Assembly (NCBI GenBank): GCA_051294375.1
Contig: CM119267.1
Location: 19,071,150-19,120,692, forward strand
Length of the DNA stretch: 49,543 nucleotides
Source of the DNA: Paraspadella gotoi
Taxonomy: Eukaryota; Animalia; Chaetognatha
Direction of reading: 5' to 3'
Numbering within the stretch: the stretch's first letter is position 1; every line of letters begins with the position of its first letter. The notes under the pieces were generated by a model. That model searched no databases and had not been told where the DNA came from. It saw only the letters and a program-made list of their open reading frames with translations. The translations under genes and the position numbers were made by a program. Shown here piece by piece: positions 1-12,562 of this stretch.

Positions 1-974
1 AAAAAACCTGGTATTATCAAAAACAGTAAAAAAGTAAAAACGATAAAAATAATAATAATAACTAGTATTTACATTGGCTGAAAAAAAGGTCAGCCATAAC
101 AAGATTGGGTAAAAACAGGTCATTCTTATTGACCACTACTGTACTACGGCTCACAAAGTACAAAGACTTCGTCGTCGTTTTCGTCATTGTATTCATCGTC
201 TTTGTCGTCTTTGTTCAAATCATTTGAGCTCCCAAATGTTCGATGTTATTATTTTAATTAATTAATATGTAATTAATTAAATAATTTATTTTTTTTAATT
301 AATTAATCAATTAATTACCGCTAATGATCGTGGGCAGATTCGGCATTGTTTGCTCAAACTTGTTTATTAATAATTTTGATTTTTGTATTTTATATATTTT
401 TTTTATTTGCTTTTTTGTTCAGTGCAAGAGGGGAAAAAAAAAGATAGAGAGAGAGAGTATGTTAGAGATTTAAGTATGTATAAGCATAATATTATGCAAT
501 AATGCCAATAAAACAGATCAATCCTTTTGGTTTAAACTTGTTTGTAACATGAAAAACGTTATGGATTTAAAAAAAAGAGACTTAAATTTAAAGAAAAATA
601 ATAAAAATATAAGAAATAAAATTTTTAGTTTTATAGAATTAAAAAAGTTTAATTTAAATTTTAATTTAACTTAATTACAGTTTTTTTCAGATAGAAAAAA
701 TCTTTTTTTCAGCTCAGATTTTATTTGAATATATTAAAAAGAATAATTAAAAAAATAAATATGTAATTTTTTTCATAGATTCTCGACCAAAGAGGAAAAG
801 AGAATAAAAGAAAACAAAATAATAAAAGAAGAGAATAAGAAAAAGTGAATAAAAAAATTAGGAACAAACAAATTTAAATGTTGAAAATAAATATTAAAAA
901 CAAATTTTTAAAAGAAAAATCAAGAAAGAGCAGGGGGTTGCAAAGATTTTAATACATTAAATACCTTTCATTTC

Positions 975-1140
975 TAACCAATAAAAACAAATGACCAGGA
1001 AGCGAACACGCAGGGTTATTATAGCTTCCGGGTTCAATCCTTTATTCTTAATTTTTCTATCGCTCCCGGTTTCGGGTTCTTCAAAAATCGGCCGCTTCCA
1101 CAGTGTTCGCTTACGCTTTCCGGATCGCGTCCACATCTCT
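975..1140. promoter_or_regulatory. Possible promoter/5' region upstream of the beta-trefoil exon
   Basis: Abrupt GC/CpG rise after a very AT-rich stretch; CCAAT at ~979 and several ETS-like cores (CAGGAAG ~997, CTTCCGG ~1025, TTTCCGG ~1117). Motif-only evidence. Confidence 0.25.
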
Positions 1141-1360
1141 GTTTGTGACTGATTTCAGTCTTTTGTACCGTCAAAAAATTCTGAGCGTGTTTATTGTAAA
1201 TTTTATTTCATAATTCATAGTATATTACGAAGCGAGTTTGAATTCATTAATCTCATTTTCATATTGTAATAAATTGTTCAAAGTGTCACGACTTGGGGTT
1301 CTTTTTCGATGTGTGATCTATTTTTAGGTTTATGTACCCTCCCTCTTTTTCAAATCCCAG

Positions 1361-1631
1361 CCACCAGTGTCTCTTCATCTCCTCCACCCCGCCGCGCCCC
1401 ACGCTGCTGATGAAGACGGATCCGCCGTGGAGCCGCGAAGCCCCGACGCGCGAACTCGACGACTCGGCGATCGCTCGGCGCCACGTCTTCCGAATCTGCA
1501 AAGTCGGCCCCGACGAGGTGGCGTTGAAATACGGCGCTCATTTCGTCAGCGTCGATCGAAACGGAAACATGGTGGCGGATCAGACAGAGGCGAAGCAGAA
1601 GGAGACGTTTAGGGTTGAGGGGGTGGAGTAA
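1361..1631 (+). CDS. Probable terminal exon encoding a fascin/FRG1-like beta-trefoil repeat
   Basis: GC-rich island; pyrimidine tract + CAG acceptor (CCCTCTTTTTCAAATCCCAG, ending 1360); translation ends VFRICKVGPDEVALKYGAHFVSVDRNGNMVADQTEAKQKETFRVEGVE*, resembling the fascin-type repeat (F-x-I...VALK...G..FVS.D..G.(L/M)VAD......ETF.(V/L)E). Recognised by eye, no search run. Confidence 0.55.
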
Positions 1632-2574
1632 AAGGGTGAAAGAGGAGGGCGGGGATTAAAGGGAAGCTGTCTTTCCAGATTTTATGACACATTTATTACT
1701 CATTTATCTACTAAAATACATATAGAAATGAAATTTTAACTGTCCCTGCGTTTAAAATATCGTCGGGTCCTGTGGAGTTTATGTTGGTTTTCTTGGAGAT
1801 TTTTTTTACAATCATGATTAAATTACTGCCTGTAATGCTCAATACTCAAAAAAACATACGTAGATTTTAACAAAATTTAATGAATTTAATGATCAACATT
1901 GGTTATTTCGAATAAAATCTGTTTGTAGATTTGTTCACTTGGCTCGAGTTAAATTTTATATTTAATTTTTCTTTTGGGTTTTTATTTCTTTTGCATCGGA
2001 TATTTTTCTTTCGGGTGTAATCTTACTAGCATGCGATTTAAGTCACAGGTCACGACTCACGAGTTACACGTTATTTGACAACATTATTTCAATTCTTTTA
2101 AAACGTTCCCTCTTGAGAATTTTTCATTCCCCTCAGAGACATCCGAAACTTTTTTTTTAAAAAAAAAAGCTTTTTTTCATTTTATTATTTTTCTTTTCGA
2201 ATGTACGTTAAAAGTTATAAGGTGAACGATTTTTTGTTAGATCTTTAACTTTGACATTAACCGCTGAGCACGACCTTTCTCTCTTTTCTCTCACTTTCCA
2301 TCAAATATTCCAGAAAACAAAGCTTGGATTTTTTTTTGTAAATGTTTAAAATATTTCCTCGACTTATTTTTGCGTATTAAATTTTTTTACTCTCTCTCTC
2401 TCTCCTCTGATCTCTTCTCATCTCTCTCTCTCCTCTCTCTCTCCCTCACCTCCCCTTTCTTTCTCCCTCCAATTTTCTCGACCCCAGAAAGGTTTTTTCT
2501 ATGTCTAGAGAATTTGGCAAAATAAACATTTTATTCGAATTTTGCGAATAGTGACTTTTAAAGCTCTTTTTTTT

Positions 2575-2609
<35 letters not shown>

Positions 2610-3937
2610 GTTTGACGGAGTTTCGCCTTCGAACAAAAGATCAAAGAAGAAAAGGAAGAAAGAAAAAAGAATAAGAAAGGAATTTGGGTCATAACCGTTA
2701 CGTACGGCGCAATGCAAACAAATCGTGAGTGCGTACACTCTGGGGAGAGAGCGAGAAATGGAACGCTTTTCTTAAAACTAGAAAAAACAAAAGATCGAAG
2801 GGGGCAGACACGAAAACCGGGAAGAAAAAAATAACAAAAGAACAGACGAAAATTAGAACAGGAAACAAAAAGGCTTGGGACAGACGACTAATTAATATCA
2901 TAAAATGGCCAACGCTAAAATATGTAACAATTAACTATTAACAATTAACAATTAAAATTATACTAAAGGTAAACCGAAACATTACACGCCTCTAAACGAA
3001 AGGCACCTGTTAAAGAAAACAAATGAACTAAACAAACAACGAACCTAAACAAAGATCCAAACAATACAACTTGAAACAACACTAACGAGTCAACACAGAA
3101 AGGCTGTCGCAAAATCATAAGCCAATGAGTTTTCCAGTTTTCAATTTTGGTCTCCGCGGTCTTCGACCTAACGGCATTCAACTCCCTTTTATTTTCTTTT
3201 TTGTGGCAATTTACTGTCTTTTTGAGTACTCTTTTATTTTTTAAAACCATAATTAAGAGAAGCGGTGGATTTAATCGTAGTTTGAGAGCCGCCGACACAT
3301 TTAAAAATGTATGCATTTACTAATTTTACGAGTTACTTTGAGAAAAAAAAAGGATCAGGTAAATGAAATTAGAGAAGCGGGCTGTACTTTTCGAAGCCGG
3401 GAAGAAACTTCTCAAGCCTTGATTCGTTAAAAAAATATATATAGTCTAAAGTGCGTAGTGCAAAGCAAAATAGTTGTGAAAAATTTTACGTAAATTAATA
3501 AGTACCAAGTTATGAACATTCTAAAAACTAAACAATGTTTGCCTCTTTAAAAATCTTTGCCTTTAAAAATNNNNNNNNNNNNNNNNNNNNNNNNNAGGGA
3601 TGAGGAAAAAAACGTATCCTGTAGAATGTTTTGCAGAATTCCCTCGGCCTCTATTTTGAAAAGTTTCTTGGATCGATTTTTCGAAGGCTCGAATGTTTGA
3701 AGTTTTGCCAGTCAACGGATTCGGTGTAAAAAATAGGGGGGGGGATGGCGAATGGGGGATAATTCGATGTATTTAAAAACGATTTACATTTCAGGCCGGG
3801 GGGGGTGTCAAAGTTGTTTTGCGATGGTCCCTTACTCGGTCTCGTGAAGTCGTATGGCCAATTTTCCCTGGCCAAGTTTTTTGGCCCAAAATTCCTCATT
3901 AAACGCCTCGTAATCGCTTGGCATAGCAAAAACAAAG

Positions 3938-6900
3938 AATTTTCTGCACATTAAGTGTCAATTATTCATACATTTTGTCAAGAATGATCTGGGATTTTTT
4001 CCTTGCTGTCGCGATTGTCGTTTCTGTTTCTCTTGTTTTTTTCTGTTCTCAAGTTTCTTTTATGTTTTTTCTCCTCTCTGTTTCTTTGCGTGAATATTTC
4101 TCGAATAGTATACTCGCACGTCCCGACTCACAACACCAGTATATTTTTTTATTTCCTTGATAATGCCACCAGGCTCTCGTTCACAAGCCAAGGTTTCTCG
4201 ATTTTCTACATGAAGACTCACCAGTTACTTACCCGCGGGTTTGTATCGTGAACGGCTACGAAAATGTTCTCTTTTTTTCTCCGGCTTTTCGCGTCCGCGT
4301 AGTGTATAATTCAATTGCTGTTCCTTGCTAATTTTGCACGAGAGAACCCATTCTCGGCCGAGTTTCCCTTTACCGGTGTCGCTTGATGGCCTACGGGCGT
4401 GCTTTTATATATTCATCTTAAAAAGACAGAATCGTAATGAGTGTTAAATTAAGTCAAGGAAAATTTCTACCTTTTCAGCCCTGAGACATCTGCCATAATG
4501 TCCATCATGTTCTTATTGCAGAGATGCACTCAAGGTATGCTTGAATGGTTATAAGGGAATTATTGCACTAGAGGCTCTCGCTTCTGTTGCCGGTCTCTGA
4601 GTTCGCCTACAGTTTACTCTCCAGAGAGGTGACGATGTCTCTCAGAGTCATTATTCTCAAAATCACCACGTTTACTTTTTTTATATATGGTGTCACGGTA
4701 GTAGCTTCAAAACCAGCTCAAAGCTTACAGCCTCTGTGTTGCTTCGCCCCGTAGCTCGTATGGGTAGTATCTTTTTTTGCTTTTTGTTTCGTCTCGTCTT
4801 GATTTGGATCTTATAGTTTTCTTATGGGCTCGCTTTCGATTATTCTGCACGCTAGTGTGTATGCAAGGGCTCATCCATGGGGTTCCTATCTTAGCTGAGC
4901 CTTTTCTGCAGTACCGTCGCTCATACGTTGAGAAGTTTATTAAGGCGAATGGTCTCTCTCAGGTCCGATTATTCAATCCAATTTCTTAACAAAGAGACGG
5001 CAGTATGAATGGTAAGTTTTAAATTTTTCGTGAATTTGTTAATTTTGTGCCTCAACTAAGTAATGTCCTTTATCTACTGCCATATGTTTATTTTTACTAA
5101 AATCACGCTTCTCTCGATTTGTTGTTATTCGTGGTTGAAGTAGTTTAATGGTCAGAATCGAAAACACTGTATTCATATTGTAGATAAACTAGAAATATAA
5201 TTCAATTACACGCGCTTTGCACAGTTCATGGCCAATAATTTTTGTATCTAACTACTCACCCCCCTCGGACCCTTCGAGAGCCCCGGCCTTTTCTAAACTT
5301 TATTTTTGTAAATATTTTTGTAGATAATTTCGTTGTTTAAGAAATAACTTCCTCTATCCTTCCTCGTGAAATGCTAAACATACATGACCTCTCGACCTGT
5401 TCTTTCGTTATACTCAAAGTAAAAAATAAACCACTTATTCGGTACTTACTTTAAACATTATTATCTCTGGCGATTTTGAGTAAGTACGAGTAAAACAGGG
5501 ATTTTATGATATCTTTTTTGGCCACTTACCATATCTCGGGGTTCTTTTTCTCTAACCATAAGTTGAAACATACTCAGCATCGTCGATCGAGCGCCGTACG
5601 TTTGATGTCATAGGCGTCTAAGAACGGATGAAATGGCTTGTCATAAGGTAATGACATTTATTTTCATATCAAGTTTGAAACAACGAAAAGTCATCGAACA
5701 GCCTTCGTCTAACGCGAAAAACAATTAAATAAAAAAACTACCAATTGAGCTAGGAGATATAATCTAGTTCAAAAAAAATATCAGGAACACAAAAAACAAG
5801 ACTTAAACAAATTTAATTTTCCGTCATGACGCGGTCCTGGAGGAAAGTCATATATTAACAATACTTTCCTTTACAAGACCTTTTGATAAAATTAACATAA
5901 ATACACAATCAGACTTAGTTTACGTCCCCTTTAATTCTTTACTAATAGATTTGAGAGCACCCTTGGTTTGTAGATTCTCTTTTTAGCCGGTGAAGACAAT
6001 ATTGAATAAATGTATTCATTTTCCCATTCAGGATTTCTCTTCTGATCGAGCGATGAATACTAACTGTTTCTCATGCATCACAGACCGTCAAACGTCGACA
6101 GAGGTCCAATCAAGCAGAATGAAGTAGATGTTAATTTGTGTCCCTTGTTCGTTTGGGTTGACATTGTTGTTACGAACCATCCTCCGAGTGAGTGTCTATG
6201 TCTAATATATATTATATTCGTCGTTATTTTCACTTGATACAATACGTACTCTTTTCTAATTACTGGTTTCTGCTATTTCTTCCCGTTGCATTTAGTAGGG
6301 ATATTTTGTATAATGCACAGGTGGTATTCCTGATTAATGTCGTGTTCCGATTTGTCAAATTTTTCGGTGTGTCATAAGTTTTTATACCCTAGGGTGAACA
6401 GAACCGACATAAGAATTATTGCAAATGCAATTTCCGGAATGGTGCTAAAAATTAACTATTAAAGAGGAAAGCGTAATTTAAAAAATAAATCGTAATGTTT
6501 TAAATCATGCAATTTCTGCGCGTCGACAAGCCACAGTAACTTTGTAAACAGAGTCTGCGGCAGAAATTAATCAACAATTTCAGGTCATTATATACCGCAC
6601 AATTTTTCTCTTTTCTATTATCATTAAATTTCTATCTATAGCTCTTTAATTGTTATCGACAAATAAAATTAATTACCTATCTACAGGAATCGCCTTACTC
6701 TCAGAACTTACCTGACTACCTCGCCAATTCCCAGACGAAAAAATTCATGAAAACGTAATCACGTCAACAATCGGAAACGTCAAAACTGCATCCGGTGAGG
6801 GAAAAACTATTCTGTTGGTATAAACTTCGTAAGACGGCGGACGGTTTTCTTTCGTTTCTTTGTGACGTCCGCGTGACATTTCTCTTCTTCGAATGTCGAA

Positions 6901-9900
6901 CTCGGCCTCGATTAGCACCCTCCGGTCCAATGGAAGCCCCCAGCGCTTGGCCCGTTAGTTCGAACGGAAAGCGACTCGCCTCGTCAGACGAGGGAGAGAG
7001 ACAGAGAGAGACAGAGAGAAAGCACGAGAGAGAGAAAGTGAAAGAGATGAGTTCTCTTTTTTCTCCGCTTTCGCTGTCCGCATTAGTATCAATGCTGTCC
7101 GGTAATTTTGCACGAGAACCCTCTCGCCGAGTCCCCAAGGTCGCGTTGAGGCCACGGGAGATCTCCAAGTCTGGAGTAACGAGGACGATTTTCGCCAGCA
7201 TNNNNNNNNNNNNNNNNNNNNNNNNNNNNNNNNNNNNNNNNNNNNNNNNNNNNNNNNNNNNNNNNNNNNNNNNNNNNNNNNNNNNNNNNNNNNNNNNNNN
7301 NNNNNNNNNNNNNNNNNNNNNNNNNNNNNNNNNNNNNNNNNNNNNNNNNNNNNNNNNNNNNNNNNNNNNNNNNNNNNNNNNNNNNNNNNNNNNNNNNNNN
7401 NNNNNNNNNNNNNNNNNNNNNNNNNNNNNNNNNNNNNNNNNNNNNNNNNNNNNNNNNNNNNNNNNNNGTAAAAAAGAAATATCTAAACAGCTTTCACGTC
7501 AAAGATAAAACGACTTTGACCCGTTTAACTTATTTTTTTAAACATTTTAAAATTAGAATAACTTTACTTAATAACATAATTTTACAAAGAAAAAAAAACA
7601 CTATTCGGTCTTAAACGGTAACGTCACGAGTTAAACAATTGAATTGCAAAATAGTTTTTTAACAAAGAAAAATTACGGGAATGGCTGTCATAAAAACTTT
7701 TTATAATTGAAAGTCACTGAAAAACAATTAAATAAAATAACTACCAATTAGCGAAACTAAAAAAAAACAAAACAAAAAAACAAGACTTAAAAATTTAATT
7801 TTCCTAGCGTCGGGAAAGTCTATAAACTTCAATTTAAACTAAAAAGCTTTTTTCCTATTCTTTATTTGAGACCGGTTTGGGGACAATTATCATCGCAGAA
7901 AAATTCCATGACGAAAAGGACAGATAGATTTATTTTTCTGTTCGTTTGGCTTTTGTACGAACATTCCTAAGAGTGGTTAAAAACGTATTGTCAAATTTTT
8001 TGAGTGTCTATAAATTTGTCAGATTGATAACCGATTGTCAAATTCTTTCGGGTGCTCATAAGTTTTTAAAGGTGACAGGAACGACATAAGAATTATTGCA
8101 ATCAATTTCCGGATGGGTGCTACAATTAACTTTTAAAGAGAAAGGTAATTTAAAAAAAAAATTGTAATTGTTTAAATCTGAATTTCTGCCGTCGACAAGC
8201 CGAGTAACTTTTAAACAGAGCTTGGGCAGAAATTAATCAACAATTTCAGGTCAATTTATACGCGACAATTTTTCTCTTTTCTATTATCATTAAATTTCTC
8301 TATAGCTTTTAATTGTTTATCGACAAATAAAATTAATACCTATCCTAAGGAATCGCTTACTCTCAGACTTACCTCGACTTACCTCGCCAATTCCCAGACG
8401 AAAAAATAATGAAAACGTAAATCACGTCAAAATCGGAAACGTCAAAACTGCCCCGGGAGGGAAAAACTTGACGTAGACGGGGGACGGGTCCGCGCCGCGT
8501 GACATTCTCTTCTTCGAATGTCGAACTCGGGCCTCGTTAGCCCCCTCCGGCCCGGGAGCCCCCGCTGGCCCCGTTAGTCGAACGGAAAGCGACTCGACCG
8601 TCAGAGAGGGAGAGAGACAGAGAGAGACAGAGAGAGAAAGAGAGAGTAGTAATTTCTCACATTAATGTCAATTATTCAGACATTTTTTTTCGTCAAATGA
8701 TCGGGGTATTTTTCCGGTTCGCGATTTTCGTTTCTGTTCTCTTGTTTTTTTCTTGTTTCTCAAGTTTCTTTTGTTTCTCCTCTTGTTTTTCTATTCGAAA
8801 AGGCCCCGGCCAACATTTTTTTTTGAAATTCCGCCGCCAGGCGTTCGTCCCTCTCTTTCGGTTGCGGTGAACGGTTACGAAATTTTGTTCTCTTTTTCTC
8901 CGCTTTCGCTGTCCGCATTAGTAATCAATGCTTGTCCGGTAATTGTGCACCGAGAACCCTCTACGCCGAGTCCCCAAGTCGCGTTTAGGCCACGGGAATC
9001 TCCAAGTCTGAAGTAACGAGGACGATTTTCGCCCAGCATCTCAAACACGTTAAGGTTCGTCTCGCCCGTTGTCGTCGTTGTCGTCCCTCGTCATGGACTC
9101 CATCGTCGTAATCATTACATTAATCTAACAAAGAGACAGCCGATGCGAGTCGACAAACACGTTCAATGTAAAAAAGAAATATTCTAAACAGCTTCACGTC
9201 AAAGATAAACGACTTTTGACCGTTTAACTTATTTATTTTTTTTTAAAATTTTAAAATTAGAATAACTTTACTAAATAACTAATTTTACAAAAAAGAAAAA
9301 AAAACCACTATTCGGTCTTAAACGGTAACGTCACGAGTTTAAACAATTGGAATTGCAAAATATTTTTTGAACAAAAGAAAAATTCGGGTAATGGCTCATA
9401 AAAAGACTTTTTATAATTGAAAGTCGACTGGAAAAACAATAAATAAATTAACTACCAATTAGCCGAAACTAAAAAAATACAAAACAAAAAAACAAGACTT
9501 AAAAATTTAATTTTCCTAGCGTCGGGAAAGTCCTAATAAACGTTCAATTTAAACTAAAAAGCTTTTTTCCTATCTTTATTTGGAGACCGGTTTTTGGGTG
9601 ACAATTATCATCGCTCCCAGAAAAATTCCATGACGAAATAGGACAGGATAGATTTTATTTTCTGTTCGTTTGCTTATTGTTACGAACATTCCTAGGAGTG
9701 GCTTAAAAAAACGGATTGTCACAATTTTTTGAGTGGTCTATAAATTTGTTCAGATTGATAACCGATTTGTCAAATGTCTTTCGGGGTGCTCATAAGTTTT
9801 TTAAGGTGACAGAACAATAAGAATTATTGCAATCAATTTCCGGCAATGGTTGCTAAATTAAACTTTAAAGGAGAAAGGTAATTTAAAAAAATTGTAATGT

Positions 9901-10388
9901 TTTAAATCTGAATTTTGCGTCGACATAGCCAAGTAACTTTTAAAACAGAGCTTGGGCAGAAATTGAAATCAACCAATTTCATGGTCAATTTATACGCGAC
10001 AATTTTTCTCTTTTCTATTATCCATTAAATTTCTTCTAAGCCTTTTAATTGGGTTTATCCGACCAAATAAAATTAATACCTATCTTAAGAATCGCTTAAC
10101 TCTCAGAACTTACCTCGGACTTACCTCGCCAATTCCCAGACCGAAAAAAGATAATGAAACGTTAAATCACGTTCAAATCGGGAAACGTCAAAACTGCCCC
10201 GGGAGGGAAAACTTTGACTGTAAGACGGGGACGAGTCCGCGCCGCGTGACTATTCTCTTTCTTCGAATGTCGAACTCGGGCCTCGTTAGCCCCCTCCGGT
10301 CCGGGAGCCCCCGCTTGGCCCCGTTAGTCGAACGGAAAGCGACTCGACCGTCAGAGAGGGAGAGAGACAGAGAGAGACGGAAGAGAGG

Positions 10389-10424
<36 letters not shown>

Positions 10425-10425
10425 G
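3938..10425 (+). repeat. Direct tandem triplication of a ~1.8-kb unit (copies ~3938-7045 insertion-expanded, ~7050-8645 partial, ~8648-10425)
   Basis: Shared markers: GTTCTCTTTTT..CTCCGCTTTCGC at ~4266, 7051, 8887; AAGAATTATTGCAA at ~6411, 8088, 9819; CTTACCTCGCCAATTCCCAGAC at ~6716, 8378, 10120; each copy ends in an AG-rich tract. Confidence 0.85.
8879..9124 (-). CDS. Putative exon of an unidentified minus-strand gene (frameshifted in this copy; cleaner partial copy at 7051-7201)
   Basis: Minus-strand acceptor TCTCTTTGTTAG ending at 9125, candidate donor GTAACC at 8878, GC-rich content; the 7051-7201 copy reads MLAKIVLVTPDLEISRGLNATLGTRREGSRAKLPDSIDTNADSESGEK. No family recognised. Confidence 0.3.
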
Positions 10426-10544
10426 AGTGTCAACGATGTAAGACGTCTATATTTGGACGCGAGAAAACGGGGTCCTGTTAAACGTGCTGTCATTGCGGAT
10501 CTATCCGTTTCTCTCTGTCTGTTTCCTTCACGTTGATTTTCTCT

Positions 10545-10545
<1 letters not shown>

Positions 10546-10633
<88 letters not shown>
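10546..10633. repeat. (CT)n microsatellite
   Basis: Perfect dinucleotide run of ~88 bp. Confidence 0.95.
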
Positions 10634-10636
<3 letters not shown>

Positions 10637-10989
10637 ATTCTTCTTTTTCCCATCAACGAGTTAAAAAAAGAAGAAGATATCATACGGATCGTCTTTCACT
10701 CCGCGGGAATGTTTAAAACACCATCAACCTGCATGCAGAGGATGAGAGAGAGAGNNNNNNNNNNNNNNNNNNNNNNNNNAAAAAAAAAGAGAGACAGAGA
10801 CAGAGAGAGAGACAGAGAGAGAGTCAGACAGGCAGACCACCTTTCACTCTATTACTTTTATCCCGGTATCTTTAGTGTTTTTTGGGGTTTTGTCCTACGA
10901 TTTATAGAGAGATTTTCGGTTTTGTTCCCAGGGCGACAAAGTTGGAGGATGAGGACAATTTATTCTCGATGCATCCGAGGTCATGAGAA

Positions 10990-10992
<3 letters not shown>

Positions 10993-11082
<90 letters not shown>
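10993..11082. repeat. (GA)n microsatellite
   Basis: Perfect dinucleotide run of ~90 bp. Confidence 0.95.
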
Positions 11083-11084
<2 letters not shown>

Positions 11085-12562
11085 CCTGTGATCCTTCGGT
11101 CTCTCTTACGCCAGATTATTTTTGGCAAGGAAAGGATTTTTCCGTCCGACCAGAAAGAAAAAAAGAGAAGCATTTTTGAGAAAAAAAATTTAAAGAAATT
11201 AAAAAAAAAGGTTATTTATAAAATAAAAATATTACAAAGTCCCGACGACACAAAAAATAAATAATTTAGATATGGTCTGGTTTTAATCGTCGTAGTCCTG
11301 AAATAATGAGAGAGAAAGAGAGAGAGAAAGAAAAAAGGAGAATGATATATAGAGAGAGTGGTGTTCAGCAAAAAAAAACTTTGCTTCTGCTTTTTCTCTT
11401 CCGTATTTCTCACACTCCACCAAAGAGTAGTTTTTTTTTTCACTCGACACAGGCGACACACCCAAGTGACAACATCCCTGATCTTCTATAATAGAAGTTC
11501 GAGACTCGAACGTTTTTAGGTAATTTAGTTTTTTTTTTTTTAAACTGGATGTCTGTCTTTAAAATCAATCAACAGAATGGAGTCTGCCCCGGTTTTCTTT
11601 TCACTTCCTTCTAGATTTGACTCAAACTCGAGGGTGACTAGGAAATCTTCTTCATCCCTCTCAAGGTCTGCTCAGCGATAAAACCCTAAAATTTTTTCCT
11701 TTTTTTTTTATGGGGGGGGGAGAAAAAATGGAACATATAAAATTTTAAAATTATCATATGGAAAATGAGAAAGTACACCAAAAGGAGGATAAGGGAAAAA
11801 AATGCGGGGAAGACTAGAAATATGGAGATAAATAAAAAAATAAATTATAACTATTAGCATAAAATCTATCCCTAAAAATCTAACATGGTGATCAGTTAAT
11901 AAGAAATACGCATCTACTATCAAATATTAAACGAAACATCAAAACAATGAAAATTTAAAAAAATATATATATATAAGCCAAAAAAAGAAGGAGTAAACAA
12001 AAAGAATCGCTCGATCTCATTCGAAGAGAGAAAATCATCTTAAAATTGTGTAATCGGTGTTGGGGTTCGTTGTCTCGCCTCTCTAATCCCGCCCGGCTCT
12101 CGTCTTCCTTTTTCGCCGCTGAAAAAGAAGAAAAAAAGAAATTTTAAATCTTTGAGGGAAAATCTTGCATTTTCTCTCTCTCTCTCTCTCTCGAGTTTGT
12201 TTTGTTTGGTGTGGGTGGCCGATCGACCCCCCCCCAGCCCCCTTGTCAACCCCCCCCTCTCCCTTTGGAGAGCGTTAACCTCTTTGAAGCCGACGGTCGT
12301 GTGAAATTTACTACGAACTTCATTCCGATTGTTCGGATTGGGTGTGTCCCTCTTTTTTTTGGTCTGTCTTGCGTCTGTTTGTCCGACTGTCTGTCTTCGT
12401 GTCAGAATGGCCGTGACTCAAGCGGCTTTTTCTTCTCTTTTTTGTTTCATTGGATTAGGTTGGATTTGATTAGTTTATTACCGTGTACCTCTTCAAGTCT
12501 TCCCTTTTTTTACCTTTCTTTTCTTTTCTTTTCTTTTNNNNNNNNNNNNNNNNNNNNNNNNN

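Noticed and set aside
2660-2930. Possible inverted copy of 8650-8890
   Set aside because: Only short A-rich anchors match; I cannot separate this from compositional similarity by eye.
7085-7135. GERVLVQNYR resembling a retrotransposon integrase C-terminal motif
   Set aside because: Too short; lacks the following KW/GPY-F residues and any upstream integrase core.
10188-11179. ORFs rich in ERERER/SLSLSL (also near 20100, 22000, 35300, 36400, 45150)
   Set aside because: They are translations of AG/CT/AAAG microsatellites, or ORFs running through N-gaps.
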